Below, one piece after another: positions 1-14,749 of a DNA stretch of 64,000 bases. The DNA is taken from the NCBI RefSeq assembly GCF_036365525.1, contig NC_090378.1, forward strand, positions 118,467,593-118,531,592, read 5' to 3'. The DNA comes from Heterodontus francisci. Its lineage: Eukaryota. The translations under genes were made by a program, and so were the position numbers. The notes below the pieces were generated by a model that had not been told where the DNA came from, searched no databases, and saw only the letters and a program-made list of their open reading frames with translations. Numbering within the stretch: the stretch's first letter is position 1; each line of letters begins with the position of its first letter.

Positions 1-3000
1 TCACACTTCACAATCCAGTCTGTGTACTCAGGTACATCACACTTCAAAATCCAGTCCGTGTACTCAGGTACATCACACTTCACAATCCAGTCTGTGTACT
101 CAGGTATATCACACTTCACAATCCAGTCTGTGTAATCAGGTACATCACACTTCACAATCCAGTCTGTGTACTCCGGTACATCATACTTATCAATCCAGTC
201 TGTGCACTCTGGTACATCACACTTCACAATCCGGTCTGTGTACACAGGGACATCACACTTCACAATCCAGTCTGTGTACTCCGGTACATCACACTTATCA
301 ATCCAGTCTGTGCACTCTGGTACATCACACTTCACAATCCAGTCTGTGTACTCAGACATATCACACTTCACAATCCAGTCTGTGTACTCAGATACATCAC
401 ACTTCACAATCTGGTCTGTGTACTCAGCTACATCACACTTCACAATCCAGTCTGTGTACTCAGGTACATCACACATTAGAATCCGGTCTGTGTACTCAGG
501 AAAATCACACTTCACAATCCAGTCTGAGTACTCAGGTACATCACACTTACAATCCGGTCTGTGTACTCAGGAAAATCACACTTCACAATCCAGTCTATGC
601 ACTCAGGTACATCACACTTCAAAATCCAATCCGTGTGCTCAAGTGCATCACACTTCACAATCTGGTCTGTGTACTCAGATTCATCACACTTCACAATCTG
701 GTCTGTGTACTCAGGTACAACACACTTCACAATCCAGTCTGTGTACTCAGGTACATCACACTTCACAATGCAGTCTTTGTACTCACATACATCACACATC
801 ACAATATGGTCTGTGTACTCAGGTACATCACACTTCACAATCCAGTCTGTGTACACAGGTAAATCACACTTCAGAATCCGGTCTGTGTACTCAGGTACCT
901 CACACTTCAGAATCTAGTCTGTGTTCTCAGGTACATCACACTTCACAATCCAGTCTGTGTAATCAGGTACATGACACTTCACAATCCAATCCGTGTACTC
1001 AGGTACATCACACTTCACAATCCAGTCTGTGTACTTAGAAACATCACACTTCACAATCCGGTCTGAGTACTCATTTACATCACACTTCACAAACCAGTCT
1101 GTGTACTCAGGAACATCACACTTCAGATTCTGGTCTGTGTACTCAGGTACATCACACTTCACAATCTGGTCTGTGTACTCAGGTACAACAGACTTCACAA
1201 TCCAGTCTGTTTACGCAGGTACATCACACTTCAGAATCTAGTGTGTGTACTCAGGTACATCACACTTCACAGTCCAGTTTGTGTACTCAGGGACATCACA
1301 CTTCAGAATCGAAGCTGTGAACTCAGGTACATCACACTTCACAATCCAGTCTGTGTATTCAGCTACATCACACTTCAGAATCTAGTCTGTGTACTCAGGA
1401 ACATCACACTTCACAATCCAGTCTGTGTACTCAGGCACATCACACTTCACAATCCAGTCTGTGTACTCAGGAAAATCACACTTCACAATCCAGTCTGTGT
1501 ATTCAGGTACATCACACTTCAAAATCCAATCCGTGTAATCAAGTACACCTCACTTCAGAATCTGGTCTGTGCACTCAGTTACATCACACTTCACAATCCG
1601 TTCCGTGTACTCAGTTACATCACACTTCAAAATCCAGTCCGTGTACTCAGGTACATCACACTTCACAATCCAGTCTGTGTACTCAGGTACATCACGCTTC
1701 ACAATCCTGTCTGTGTACTCAGGTACACCACACTTCACAATCCGGTCTGTGTACTCAGGTACATCACACTTCACAATCCAGTCTGTGCACTCAGGTACAT
1801 CACACTTCACAATGCAGTCTGTGTACTCAGGTATATCACACTTCACAATCCAGTCAGCGTAATCAGATACATCACACTTCACAATCCAGTCTGTGTATTC
1901 AGGTACATCACACTTCACAATCCAGTCTGTGTACTCAGATACATCACACTTCACAATCCATTCTGTGTACTCAGATACATCACACTTCACAATCCAGTCT
2001 GTGTACTCAGGTACATCACACTTATCAATCCAGTCTGTGTACTCCGGTAAATCACACTTCACAATCCGGTCAGTGCACTCAGGGACATCACACTTCACAA
2101 TCCAGTCTGTGTACACAGGTACATCACACATTACAATTCGGTCTGTGTACTCAGGAAAATCACACTTCACAATCCAGTCTGAGTACTCAGGTACATCACA
2201 CTTCACAATCCAGTCTGTGCACTCAAGTACATCACACTTCACAATCCTGTCTGTGTACTCAGATACATCACACTTCACAATCCAGTCTGTGTACTCAGGC
2301 ACATCACACTTCACAATCCAGTCTGTGTACTCAGGAAAATCACACTTCACAATCCAGTCTGTGTATTCAGGTACATCACACTTCAAAATCCAATCCTTAG
2401 TAATCAAGTACATCTCACTTCAGTATCTGGTCTGTGCACTCAGTTACATCACACTTCACAATCCGTTCCGTGTACTCAGATTCATCACACTTCACAATCT
2501 GGTCTGTGTACTCAGCTACATCACACTTCACAATCCAGTCTGTGTACACAGGTACATCACACATTACAATCCGGTCTGTGTACTCAGGAAAATCACACTT
2601 CCGAATCCAGTCTGAGTGCTCAGGTACATCACACTTCACAATCCGGTCTGTGTACTCAGGTACATCACACTTCACAATCCAGTCTGTGTACTCAGGAAAA
2701 TCACACTTCACAATCCAGTCTGTGTACTCAGGTACATCACACTTCAAAATCCAATCCGTGTACTCAAGTGCATCACACTTCACAATCTGGTCTGTGTACT
2801 CAGATTCATCACACTTCACAATCTGGTCTGTGTACTCAGGTACAACACACTTCACAATCCAGTCTGTGTACTCAGGTACATCACACTTCACAATGCAGTC
2901 TTTGTACTCAGATACATCACACTTCACAATCCAGTCTGTGTACTCAGATACATCACACATCACAATCTGGTCTGTGTACTCAGGTACATCACACTTCACA

Positions 3001-6000
3001 ATCCATTCTGTGTACTCAGGTACATCACACTTCAGATTCTAGTCTGTGTACTCAGGTACATCACACTTCACAATCCAGTCTGTGTACACAAGTAAATCAC
3101 ACTTCAGAATCTAGTCTGTGTACTCCGATACATCACACTTCACAATCCAGTCTGTGTACTCACGTACATCACACTTCAGATTCCGGTCTGTGTACTCAGG
3201 TACCTCACACTTCAGTATCTAGTCTGTGTTGTCAGGTACATCACACTTCACAATCCAGTCTGTGTTATCAGGTACATGACACTTCACAATCCAATCCGTG
3301 TACTCAGATACATCACACTTCACAATCCGGTCTGAGTAGTCATTTGCATCACACTTCACAATCCAGTCTGTGTACTCAGGAACATCACACTTCAGATTGT
3401 GGTCTGTGTACTCAGGTACATCACACTTCACAATCCAGTCTGTGTACACAGGTACATCACACTTCCGATTCTGGTCTGTGTACTCAGGTACAACAGACTT
3501 CACAATCCAGTCTGTGTACGCAGGTACATCACACTTCACAATCCAGTCTGTGTACTCAGGGACATCACACTTCACAATCTGGTCTGTGTACTCAGATTCA
3601 TCACATTCACAATCTGGTCTGTGTACTCAGGTACATCACACTTCACAATCCAGTCTGTGTACTCAGGGACATCACTCTTCACAATACTGTCTGTGTACTC
3701 AAGTACATCACACTTCACAATCCAGTCTGTATACTCCGATACATCACACTTCACAATCCAGTCTGTGTACTCAGGAAAATCACACTTCACAATCCAGTCT
3801 GTGTACTCAGGTACATCACACTTCACAATCCGGTCTCTGTACTCAGGTACATCACACTTCACAATCCAGTCTGTGTACTCAGGAAAATCACACTTCACAA
3901 TCCAGTCTGTGTACTCAGGTACATCACACTTCAAAATCCAATCCGTGTAATCAAGTACATCTCACTTCAGAATCTGGTCTGTGCACTCAGTTACATCACA
4001 CTTCACAATCCGTTCCGTGTACTCAGTTACATCACACTTCACAATCCAGTCTGTGTGCTCAGGTACATCACACTTCACAATCCAGTCTGTGTACTCAGGT
4101 ACATCACACTTCAAAATCCAGTCCGTGTACTCAGGTACATCACACTTCACAATCCTGTCTGTGTACTCAGGTACATCACACTTCACAATCCGGTCTGTGT
4201 ACTCAGGTACGTCACACTTCACAATCCAGTCTGAGCACTCAGGTACATCACACTTCACAATGCAGTCTGTGTACTCAGGTATATCACACTTCACAATCCA
4301 GTCTGCGTAATCAGGTACATCACACTTCACAATCAAGTCTGTGCACTCAGATACATCACACTTCACAATCCAGTCTGTGTACTCAGGTACATCACACTTA
4401 TCAATCCAGTCTGTGTACTCTGGTACATCACACTTCACAATCCGGTCTGTGTACTCAGGGACATCACACTTCACAATCCAGTCTATGTACTCCGATACAT
4501 CACACGTCATAATGCAGTCTGTGTACTCAGACACATCACACTTCACAATCCCGCCTGTGTACTCAGATACATCACACTTCACAATCTGGTCTGTGTACTC
4601 AGCTACATCACACTTCACAATCCAGTCTGTGTACACAGGTACGTCACACATTACAATCCGGTCTGTGTACTCAGGAAAATCACACTTCACAATCCAGTCT
4701 GAGTACTCAGGTACATCACACTTCACAATCCGGTCTGTGTACTCAGGTACATCACACTTCACAATCCAGTCTGTGTACTCAGGAAAATCACACTTCACAA
4801 TCCAGTCTGTGTACTCAGGTACATCACACTTCAAAATCCAATCCGTGTACTCAAGTGCATCACACTTCACAATCTGGTCTGTGTACTCAAGTGCATCACA
4901 CTTCACAATCTGGTCCGTGTACTCAGATACATCACACTTCACAATCCGGTCTGAGTAGTCATTTGCATCACACTTCACAATCCAGTCTGTGTACTCAGGA
5001 ACATCACACTTCAGATTGTGGTCTGTGTACTCAGGTACATCACACTTCACAATCCAGTCTGTGTACACAGGTACATCACACTTCCGATTCTGGTCTGTGT
5101 ACTCAGGTACAACAGACTTCACAATCCAGTCTGTGTACGCAGGTACATCACACTTCACAATCCAGTCTGTGTACTCAGGGACATCACACTTCACAATCTG
5201 GTCTGTGTACTCAGATTCATCACATTCACAATCTGGTCTGTGTACTCAGGTACATCACACTTCACAATCCAGTCTGTGTACTCAGGGACATCACTCTTCA
5301 CAATACTGTCTGTGTACTCAAGTACATCACACTTCACAATCCAGTCTGTATACTCCGATACATCACACTTCACAATCCAGTCTGTGTACTCAGGAAAATC
5401 ACACTTCACAATCCAGTCTGTGTACTCAGGTACATCACACTTCACAATCCGGTCTCTGTACTCAGGTACATCACACTTCACAATCCAGTCTGTGTACTCA
5501 GGAAAATCACACTTCACAATCCAGTCTGTGTACTCAGGTACATCACACTTCAAAATCCAATCCGTGTAATCAAGTACATCTCACTTCAGAATCTGGTCTG
5601 TGCACTCAGTTACATCACACTTCACAATCCGTTCCGTGTACTCAGTTACATCACACTTCACAATCCAGTCTGTGTGCTCAGGTACATCACACTTCACAAT
5701 CCAGTCTGTGTACTCAGGTACATCACACTTCAAAATCCAGTCCGTGTACTCAGGTACATCACACTTCACAATCCTGTCTGTGTACTCAGGTACATCACAC
5801 TTCACAATCCGGTCTGTGTACTCAGGTACGTCACACTTCACAATCCAGTCTGAGCACTCAGGTACATCACACTTCACAATGCAGTCTGTGTACTCAGGTA
5901 TATCACACTTCACAATCCAGTCTGCGTAATCAGGTACATCACACTTCACAATCAAGTCTGTGCACTCAGATACATCACACTTCACAATCCAGTCTGTGTA

Positions 6001-8008
6001 CTCAGGTACATCACACTTATCAATCCAGTCTGTGTACTCTGGTACATCACACTTCACAATCCGGTCTGTGTACTCAGGGACATCACACTTCACAATCCAG
6101 TCTATGTACTCCGATACATCACACGTCATAATGCAGTCTGTGTACTCAGACACATCACACTTCACAATCCCGCCTGTGTACTCAGATACATCACACTTCA
6201 CAATCTGGTCTGTGTACTCAGCTACATCACACTTCACAATCCAGTCTGTGTACACAGGTACGTCACACATTACAATCCGGTCTGTGTACTCAGGAAAATC
6301 ACACTTCACAATCCAGTCTGAGTACTCAGGTACATCACACTTCACAATCCGGTCTGTGTACTCAGGTACATCACACTTCACAATCCAGTCTGTGTACTCA
6401 GGAAAATCACACTTCACAATCCAGTCTGTGTACTCAGGTACATCACACTTCAAAATCCAATCCGTGTACTCAAGTGCATCACACTTCACAATCTGGTCTG
6501 TGTACTCAGGTACAACACACTTCACAATCCAGTCTGTGAACTCAGGTACATCACACTTCACAATGCAGTCTTTGTACTCAGATACATCACACATCACAAT
6601 CTGGTCTGTGTACTCAGGTACATCACACTTCGCAATCCAGTCTGTGCACACAGGTAAATCACACTTCAGAATCCGGTCTGTGTACTCAGGTACCTCACAC
6701 TTCAGAATCTAGTCTGTGTTCTCAGGAACATCACACTTCACAATCCAGTCTGTGTAATCAGGTACATCACACTTCACAATCCAGTCTGTGAACTTAGAAA
6801 CATCACACTTCACAATCCGGTCTGAGTAGTCCTTTACATCACACTTCACAATCCAGTCTGTGTACTCAGGAACATCACACTTCAGATTCTGGTCTGTGTA
6901 CTCAGGTACATCACACTTCACAATCCAGTCTGTGTACACAGGTACATCACACTTCCGATTCTGGTCTGTGTACTCAGGTACAACAGACTTCACAATCCAG
7001 TCTGTTTACGCAGGTACATCACACTTCAGAATCTAGTGTGTGTACTCAGGTACATCACACTTCACAATCTGGTCTGTGTACTCAGGTACATCACACTTCG
7101 CAATCCAGTCTGTGTACACAGGTAAATCACACTTCAGAATCCGGTCTGTGTACTCAGGTACCTCACACTTCAGAATCTAGTCTGTGTTCTCAGGTACATC
7201 ACACTTCACAATCCAGTCTGTGTAATCAGGTACATCACACTTCACAATCCAGTCTGTGTACTTAGAAACATCACACTTCACAATCCGGTCTGAGTAGTCA
7301 TTTACATCACACTTCACAATCCAGTCTGTGTACTCAGGAACATCACACTTCAGATTCTGGTCTGTGTACTCAGGTACATCACACTTCACAATCCAGTCTG
7401 TGTACACAGGTACATCACACTTCCGATTCTGGTCTGTGTACTCAGGTACAACAGACTTCACAATCCAGTCTGTTTACGCAGGTACATCACACTTCAGAAT
7501 CTAGTGTGTGTACTCAGGTACATCACACTTTACAATCCAGTCTGTGTACTCAGGGACATCACACTTCAGAATCGAATCTGTGAACTCAGGTACATCACAC
7601 TTCACAATCCAGTCTGTGTATTCAGCTCCATCACACTTCAGAGTCTAGTCTGTGTACTCCGATACATCACACTTCACAATCCAGTTTGTGTACTCAGGTA
7701 CATCACACTTCACAATCCATTCTGTGTACTCAGGTACATCACACTTCACAATCCATCTGTGTATTCAGCTACATCACACTTCAGAATCTAGTCTGTGTAC
7801 TCCGATACATCACACGTCACAATCCAGTCTGTGTACTCAGGTACATCACACTTCACAATCCAGTCTGTGTACTCAGGTACATCACACTTAACAATCCAGT
7901 TTGTGTACTCAGGTACATCACACTTCACAATCCAGTCTGTGTACTCAGGTTCATCACACTTCACAATCCAGTCTGTGTACTCAGGAACATCACACTTCAC
8001 AATCCAGT
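1..8008. repeat. 36-bp tandem satellite (consensus TCACACTTCACAATCCAGTCTGTGTACTCAGGTACA), ~220 copies, runs off the window start
   Basis: Unit read directly; 12-aa periodicity (SHFTIQSVYSGT) in the ORF track. Confidence 0.98.
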
Positions 8009-8599
8009 ATGAATACAACATGCAGTGTTTCACTCACAAGTCTTATCCTAATTCTACTTTATCTACATCTACATTCCATTCATACTGCCACTGAATCAGA
8101 GCACATCAAAGATACGTAAAAGTGATTTCAGAATAACCACATGGAGCCAGCAAAGGCTCTTTATTCCTCTCTATCCCTTCAAATCATCCTGTTTCAATGG
8201 TTATATTGCCCTCTGAAGCTCCATGATTATATTGCTGTTACAAATTCCTCTGATGATTTGAATAATATAAACACAAGTGAGCAGATTAACATTTCCAGAG
8301 TATCAGAGACCTGGATGAGTGAATTGCAGTACAAGTAGAGGCCACCCCAATGTCTGAGTGCTCCAGTCGAAGCTCAGACTGTGGTATTGTAATCTGAGCT
8401 TGCTCCCGCACAGGTTCAGACTGCTGCCATCATGGCTGTGGATGCCAGTGCTCAAAGGGGCTTGCAGGATCACCCAGCAGCCCAGCACCAAGTCCAGCTT
8501 GATGGAGTACTGCTTCAACAGATACCTAACTCGGAGAATTGGGGATTGAGGGAATTCAGTGCAATGACTGAAGAGGTTCTGTTCTGATCTTTGACAAAA

Positions 8600-11500
8600 C
8601 ACGGAGCAGTCTGAGTGATGGAGCGGGAGACAGCGAGACCTGGTGATCAGCTCTAAGTGTTTCTAGATAATAGTCTAGAAAGTAAAACATGGCAGGGAAC
8701 CTCAGCCCCGTGGAATACACATCCTGTGTCATGTGGGAAATCCTGGACACTTCTCATGATCTGGATGACCACATGTACCTGAATTTTCACCAGTTACAGC
8801 AGCTCGAGCTCTGGGTTTCGGAGTTTGAGCACTGACTGGAGTCACTATGCAGCATCCACGAGGCTGGGAGATTTCTGGAGGTGGTCACTCTACAGTTTAA
8901 AAATGTGCTGGCAGAGGGGGGAATGGGTGAGGGCCAGAAGAACAAGGAGGACCAGGCATGCAGGACAGTGATCCCATGAGTACATCTCACTCTCAACTGG
9001 TATTCAGTTCTGAATACTGGTCAGAGTAATGGTTCCACTGGGGAGTGCAGGCAGAGCAAAGTCCACAGCACCATGGGTGACTCAGTTGTGCAGGGAGGGA
9101 GGAAGAAGAGTGGAAGAGAAATAGTGGGAGGGGATTCGAAAGTGAGGAGAATAGACAGGCACTTCTGTGACTGCAGAGGTGTCTCCATTATGGTACGTTG
9201 CCTCCCTGGTGCCAGGGACAAGGATATCACTGAGTGGCTGCAGGACAATCTGACGGGGAAGAGTGAACAGCCAGAGGTCGTGGTCCATATTGGCACCAAT
9301 GACAGAGGCAGACAGATGGATAAGGTCCTGAGGCAGAATTTAGGCAGCTAGGAGGGAGATTGAAAAGCAGAACCTCAAAAGTATTAATCTCCAGATTACT
9401 CCCAGTGCCACGTGCTAGTGAGTACAGAAATAGGAAGATAGAGCTAATGAATACATAGAGCTGGAGAGATTATGCAGGAGGGAGGGCTTTAGATTCCTGA
9501 GGCTTTGGGACTGTTTTCAAATCAACAGGGCCGGGATTAATATCCTCACAAACTAATATATACTTCAATACAAGTTGAGGAAATAAGGCAGATGAGCTGA
9601 CAGCACAGATTGACACATGGCAGTATGACATTATATCTATTACTGAGACATGGTTGAAAGAAGGGCAGGAATGGCAGCTCAACATTCCTAGTTACAGGGT
9701 TTTCAGACGATACAGAGATGGGGATATCTCAGGAGGGGGTGAGTTGCAATATTGATTAAAGAAACAATTATAGCTGTGAGGAGAGAAGACATGGTAGAAG
9801 GATCATCAAATGATGCCATATGGGTTGAACTGAAGAACAAAACAGGGACAATCAAATGACTTGGAGTGTTCTATAGATCCTGAAACTGATCGAGGGAGAG
9901 AGAAGAGCAAATATGTAGACAAATTTCAGAACTGCAAAAACAATAAAACAGTAATAGTGGGGGATTTCAACTGCCCCAATATTAACTGGGGTAGAGTTTA
10001 TGTGAAAGACTCAGGGGGCACAGAATTCTTAATATACATTGAGGAGAACATTGTTATCCAGTATGTATCAAGTCCAACAAGAGGGATTGTGAGACTGGAC
10101 TTAATTTTAGTGAATGAAGCTGGGCAGGTGGAAGGGGGATCGGACGGGGTGCACTTTGGTGGAAGTGATCATAATTCAGTTAGATTTAGGATAGTTATGG
10201 AAAAGGACAAAGACAGACCAGGAATAAAAGTTCTCAACTGGGGAAAAGCTAATTTTACTAAGCTGAAATGTGATTTAGCTAAATGGGATTGGAAACAGTT
10301 ACTTGAAAGTAAATCAGTGCTGGATCAGTGGGAGGCATTCAAGGAAGAGATAGTGAGGGTTCAGAGCAAGTATGTTCCCTTAAAGAAAAAGGGTGGGACG
10401 AACAAATCCAGAGTCTTGTGGATGTCAAGGGGCTGAAAGGAGAGGATAAAGTAAAACAGGAAGATTAATGACAGATACCAAGGCAGAAAATCGAGAGGAG
10501 TATAAAAAGTGTAGGGGTGAAATTAAAAAGGAAATTAGGAAAGCAAAGAGAGGGCATGAAAAAAATTGGCAAGTCAAATAAAATAAAGGAAAACTAAATA
10601 TTTTTCTTACATATATAAAGGCAAGATTATAATGAAAGGAAGAGTAGAGCCTATTTGGGTCCACCAGGGTAACCTGTGGATGAAGGAGGAGGATTCGCAT
10701 TTGTTTTCACTAAAGAGAGGGATGATACAGAAATTGCAATCAGGGAGGAGGAGTGTGCAATGTTAGATAAAACTAATATAATGAGATGAGATATTAAGGG
10801 ATTTAACATGTTTGAAAGTGGTTAAATCACCAGGCCCAGATGAAATGCATCCTTGGCTGTTAAATGAAGCAAGAGAAGAAACAGCAGAGGCTCTGACCAT
10901 CATTTTCCAATATTCTCTGTCTACAGGTGTGGTGCCAGAGGACTGGAGGACAGTTCACATTGTCCCATTGTTTAAAACAGGAGAAAGGAATAGACCGAGT
11001 AATTACAGGCCAGTCAGCCTACCTCCGGTGGTGGGAAAAATATTGGAAAAAGCTCTGAGGGACAGGATAAATCTTCATTTAGACAGACATGGATTAGTCA
11101 CAGACAGTCAGCATGGATTTGTTGAGGGAAGGTTGTGTCTGACGACAGTGATTGAATTTTTTGAAGAGGAAACAAGGAGGGTCGATGAGGGTAGTGCATT
11201 TGATGTAGTCTATATGGATTATACCTAGGTTTATGATAAAGTCCCTGATGACAGACTGGTCATGAAAGTAAAAGCCCAGGGGACCAAGGCAAAGTGACAA
11301 GATGGATTCAAAATTGGCTCAGAGGCAGGAAACAAAGGATAATGGTCGATGGGTGTTTTTGTGACTGGAAGACTGTTTCCAAATGGGTTCTGCAGGGTTC
11401 AGTAGCAGGTCCCTTGCTTTTTGCAGGATATATCAATGATTTGGACTTCAATGTAAAGGCCTGTGACCCGACCGGGACCCGACGGGACCCGACGACATGT

Positions 11501-12805
11501 GTTGGGTTCAGGTCGGGTTGGGCCCCTCTTCCAGGTCCGGTTTTCGGGCTCAGATCGGGCCGGGTCCGGGTCCGGGTCAGGCCGGACACAGACGGTTATT
11601 GCTCTGCTGGTCAGTATTAAAATTTAAAAAACTTACCTGAGCTGGGAGTCCGGGGCGTCAAGCAGGGAAACTGAGTGTGTGAAGTTAGTGAGTGACGTCT
11701 CTATGATGCCATCACACACATGCTGCAGCTTCCTGGAGGTTCCGAGTCGGAAGGTAAGTAAAGGGATGGTTGAGTCGGGCTCGGGTCAGGTCGGGCTCGG
11801 GTCCACTATGGTTCGGTCTGGTTTGGGTTGGGTTCTTTTTCCCCGACCTGAGCAGGCCTTTACTTCAATGTAATGGGTATAAATAAGAAATTTGCAGGCG
11901 ATACAAACATTGTCCGTGTGGTTGTTAATAAATAAGAAAGCTGTAGACTGCAGGAAAATATCAATGGACTAGTCAGGTGGGCAGAGCAGTGGCAAATGGA
12001 GTTCAATCCGGAGAAGTGTGAGGTAATGCATTTGGGGAAGGCTGACAAGGCAAAGGAATACACAATAAATGGTAGGATACTGAGAAATGTAGAGGAACAG
12101 AGGGACCTTGGAATGCACGTTCACAGATCCCTGAAAGTGGCTGGACAGGTAGATATGGTGGTCAAGAAGGTACATGGGATACGTGTCTTCATTAACTGAG
12201 TCATGAAATATAAGAACTGGGAGGTTATACTGGAACTGTATAAAACACTAGTTAGTCCACAGCTGGAGTACTGTGTGCAGTTCTGGTCACCACACACCGC
12301 AGGAAAGATGGGATTGCACTGGAGAGGACACAAAGGAGATTTACAAGGATGTTGCTGGGACCGGAGAATTTTAGTTATGAGGAAAGATATGATCGGCTGG
12401 GTTTGTTTTCTTTGGAACAGAGAGGGCTGAGGAGAGACCTAAGTGAAGTGTATAAAATTATGAGGGGTCTCGACAGAGTGGATAGGAAGGATCTATTCCC
12501 CTTGGCTGAAGGGTCCATAACCAGAGGCATAGATTTAGGGTAAGATGTAGGAGGTTTAGAGGGGTTTCAGGGGGACTTTTTAACCCAGAGGGTGGTGAGG
12601 ATCTGGAACTCACTACCTGAAAGGATGGTAGAGGCAGAAATCCTCGTAACATTTAAAAAGTTCTTGGATATGCACTTGAAGTGATAAAGACTATGGACCA
12701 AGAGCTGGAAAGTGGGATTAGGCTGGATGGCTCCTTGTTGGATAGTGTGGACACAATGGGCTGAATGGCCTCCTTCTGTGCTGTAAATTGTATGATTTCT
12801 GTAAC
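8600..12805 (+). mobile_element. Near full-length degenerate CR1-clade LINE (ORF1 esterase-like plus ORF2 endonuclease/RT)
   Basis: ORF1 motifs IVGGDS..VRCLPGA..VVVHIGTND; APE motifs VIVGDFN, LDLILVN, GSDHNSV; RT motifs KSPGPD, NYRPVSL, QHGF, QGSV; CR1-type 3' end near 12800; many stops and frameshifts. The 5' boundary is approximate. Confidence 0.9.
11454..11862. mobile_element. Non-autonomous hAT-type MITE inserted in the CR1
   Basis: Perfect TIRs TAAAGGCCTG/CAGGCCTTTA; perfect 8-bp TSD CTTCAATG (11446-11453 and 11863-11870); subterminal CCCGA/TCGGG repeats. Confidence 0.92.
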
Positions 12806-13809
12806 TCTGTGCTCCAGCAGATTACTAGGATTGTGGAGGTGTCACCCGGGGCAGTGACAGTGGCTCCGTGGAACACAAACCTGCTGTCCTCTCTCAGGAT
12901 GAAAGTGCTTATATTCCCACCACTGTCACTCTCCAGTACCCCTGCTGTTGCCTGTTCGGCAGCCAGCCAAATGCTGCCACCCATGCTGAGGTGCTGCAGT
13001 CTGAAGCCAGGCCTCCTCGGCCTAGAGCAGCTTGAGGACTTCCTGCAAGGCTATCTGCAGTCTCCCCCAGTGAAAGTCAGTAACCTTCCACCAGCCATGC
13101 TGTATCCACTGGGGTAGCACTGTGTAGGAGCACGAGAACAGGCAAAGGACCCACAAGGCAGGCACTAAGGGAATGCACAAGGGGGATTAGTTGAGTTTTG
13201 GAGGGGTTATTGGATGTTTTGTTGCCGAATGGTGGGGTGGAATGGTTGTTTTGTGGTGGTTTTTATTTCAGGAATGTTTTGAAGAAGATTCTGTGATGGT
13301 CAGTAACAGAGGGATGGTCAGGTGTGGGACTGTTAGACAATGTGGATCTGGAATTGTATTCAGCAGAAGCAGAGTCCAGTTAGGTGCTCTGTGGCCCACG
13401 GAGGACCCCTCTGGTAAAACCTCCACCTCCCTGGAGTCCTCTCCCCCTGGAATTCATCCCCACCTTCCCATCCCACCTCACTGGGGCCTTCCAGACCGGC
13501 CCCGACGACCCTGTCTCACTTACCTGAGGTCGGTGTTTCCAGCGCTGGGTCTGGTTCCAAGGCCTCTGCAGTACCTGTGGTGCAGCCGATACTGCTGAGT
13601 TACTGGCCCTGTAATTGGCCAGCAGCTCTTGGAGGTGGAATCCCCGTCTTTAAAGGGACAGGGTACCCGACAACGGAAACTTCACCTCTGGATCAACGGA
13701 GGATTGTGGCAGTGGGGGGTGGTGGGGGGTATGAGAAGGCCGAGGTGGGGGGTGGGACTCCCCGCCTTTTCAACCTGATCCCGAAGCCCCACCACCTCCA
13801 TAAGAAACC

Positions 13810-14530
13810 GACAAAAGAGTCTGCAAAGGAATATAGATAGGTTATGTAAGTTGGCAAAAATTTGGCAGATGGAGTATAATGTGTAAAATGTGAGGTTGCC
13901 GACTTTGGCAGGAAGGATAGAAAAGAGATTTTGGTGTCCTCGTACATGAAACACAGAAAGATAGCATGCAGATACAGCGAGTCTGCACTTAGAGTCATGC
14001 ATTTTTAACCCCCTGACTTAAGGAAGGATATACTTGCATTGGAAGCAGTTCAGAGAAGGATCACTCGGCTGATTCCTGGGATGAAGGGGTTGTTTTATGA
14101 GGAAAGGTTGAGCAGGTTGGGCCTATACTCATTGGAGTTTAGAAGAATGAGAGATGACCTTATTGTAACATATAAGATTTTGAGGTGGCTTTACAAGGTA
14201 GGTGCTGAGAGAATGTTTCCCCTTGTGGGGGAATCTAGAATTCGGGGACACAGTTTCAGAACAAGGAGATGAGGAGGAATTTCTTCTCTCAGGGGATTGT
14301 TAATCTTTGGAAATCTCTACGCCAGAGAGCAGTGGAGGCTGGGTCATTGAATATATTCAAGGCTGAGTTAGACTGATTTTTAATCTGCAAGGGATTCAAA
14401 GGTTAGAGGTGACAGGCAAGAAAGTGGAGTTGAGGCCACAATCCGATCAGCCATGATCTTATTGAATGGTACAGCAGGCTCGATGGGCTGAATGGCCTAC
14501 TCCTGCTCCTATTTCCTCTGTTCTTATGTT
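13810..14530 (+). mobile_element. CR1-clade LINE 3' fragment
   Basis: EAVQRRITRLIPGMKGLFYEERLSRLGLYSLEFRRMRDDLI; 3' tail ...GAATGGCCTACTCCTGCTCCTATTTC. Confidence 0.9.
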
Positions 14531-14749
14531 ATTATGGAATATAAGTCACACAAGTCCACACTCTGAGCAATTGGCCTATAGACATGATAGCTCTGTCCTG
14601 TGTTTCCTGACCACTTACATTACCACTATCCAACCCTTGATCTATTGTATTCTGTTCCTCAGCACCTTCAGCAAAAAACAGATGAGCTCTTGAGGTACAA
14701 GGAGCCTTGTTTACTTTTCTAAGTGACTCATGGTCTGAGATTCTGTAAT

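Noticed and set aside
3342-3349. Octamer ATTTGCAT (also at 4961)
   Set aside because: A chance variant of a satellite monomer with no nearby leader exon.
166-8119. Long ORFs up to 488 aa in the 36-bp array
   Set aside because: A unit length divisible by 3 with stop-free frames on both strands produces these; no domain or gene structure.
12810-13810. Possible Harbinger-derived GC-rich fragments (also 35900-36310)
   Set aside because: They resemble shark non-autonomous repeats, but I could not establish TIRs, TSDs or a coding motif.
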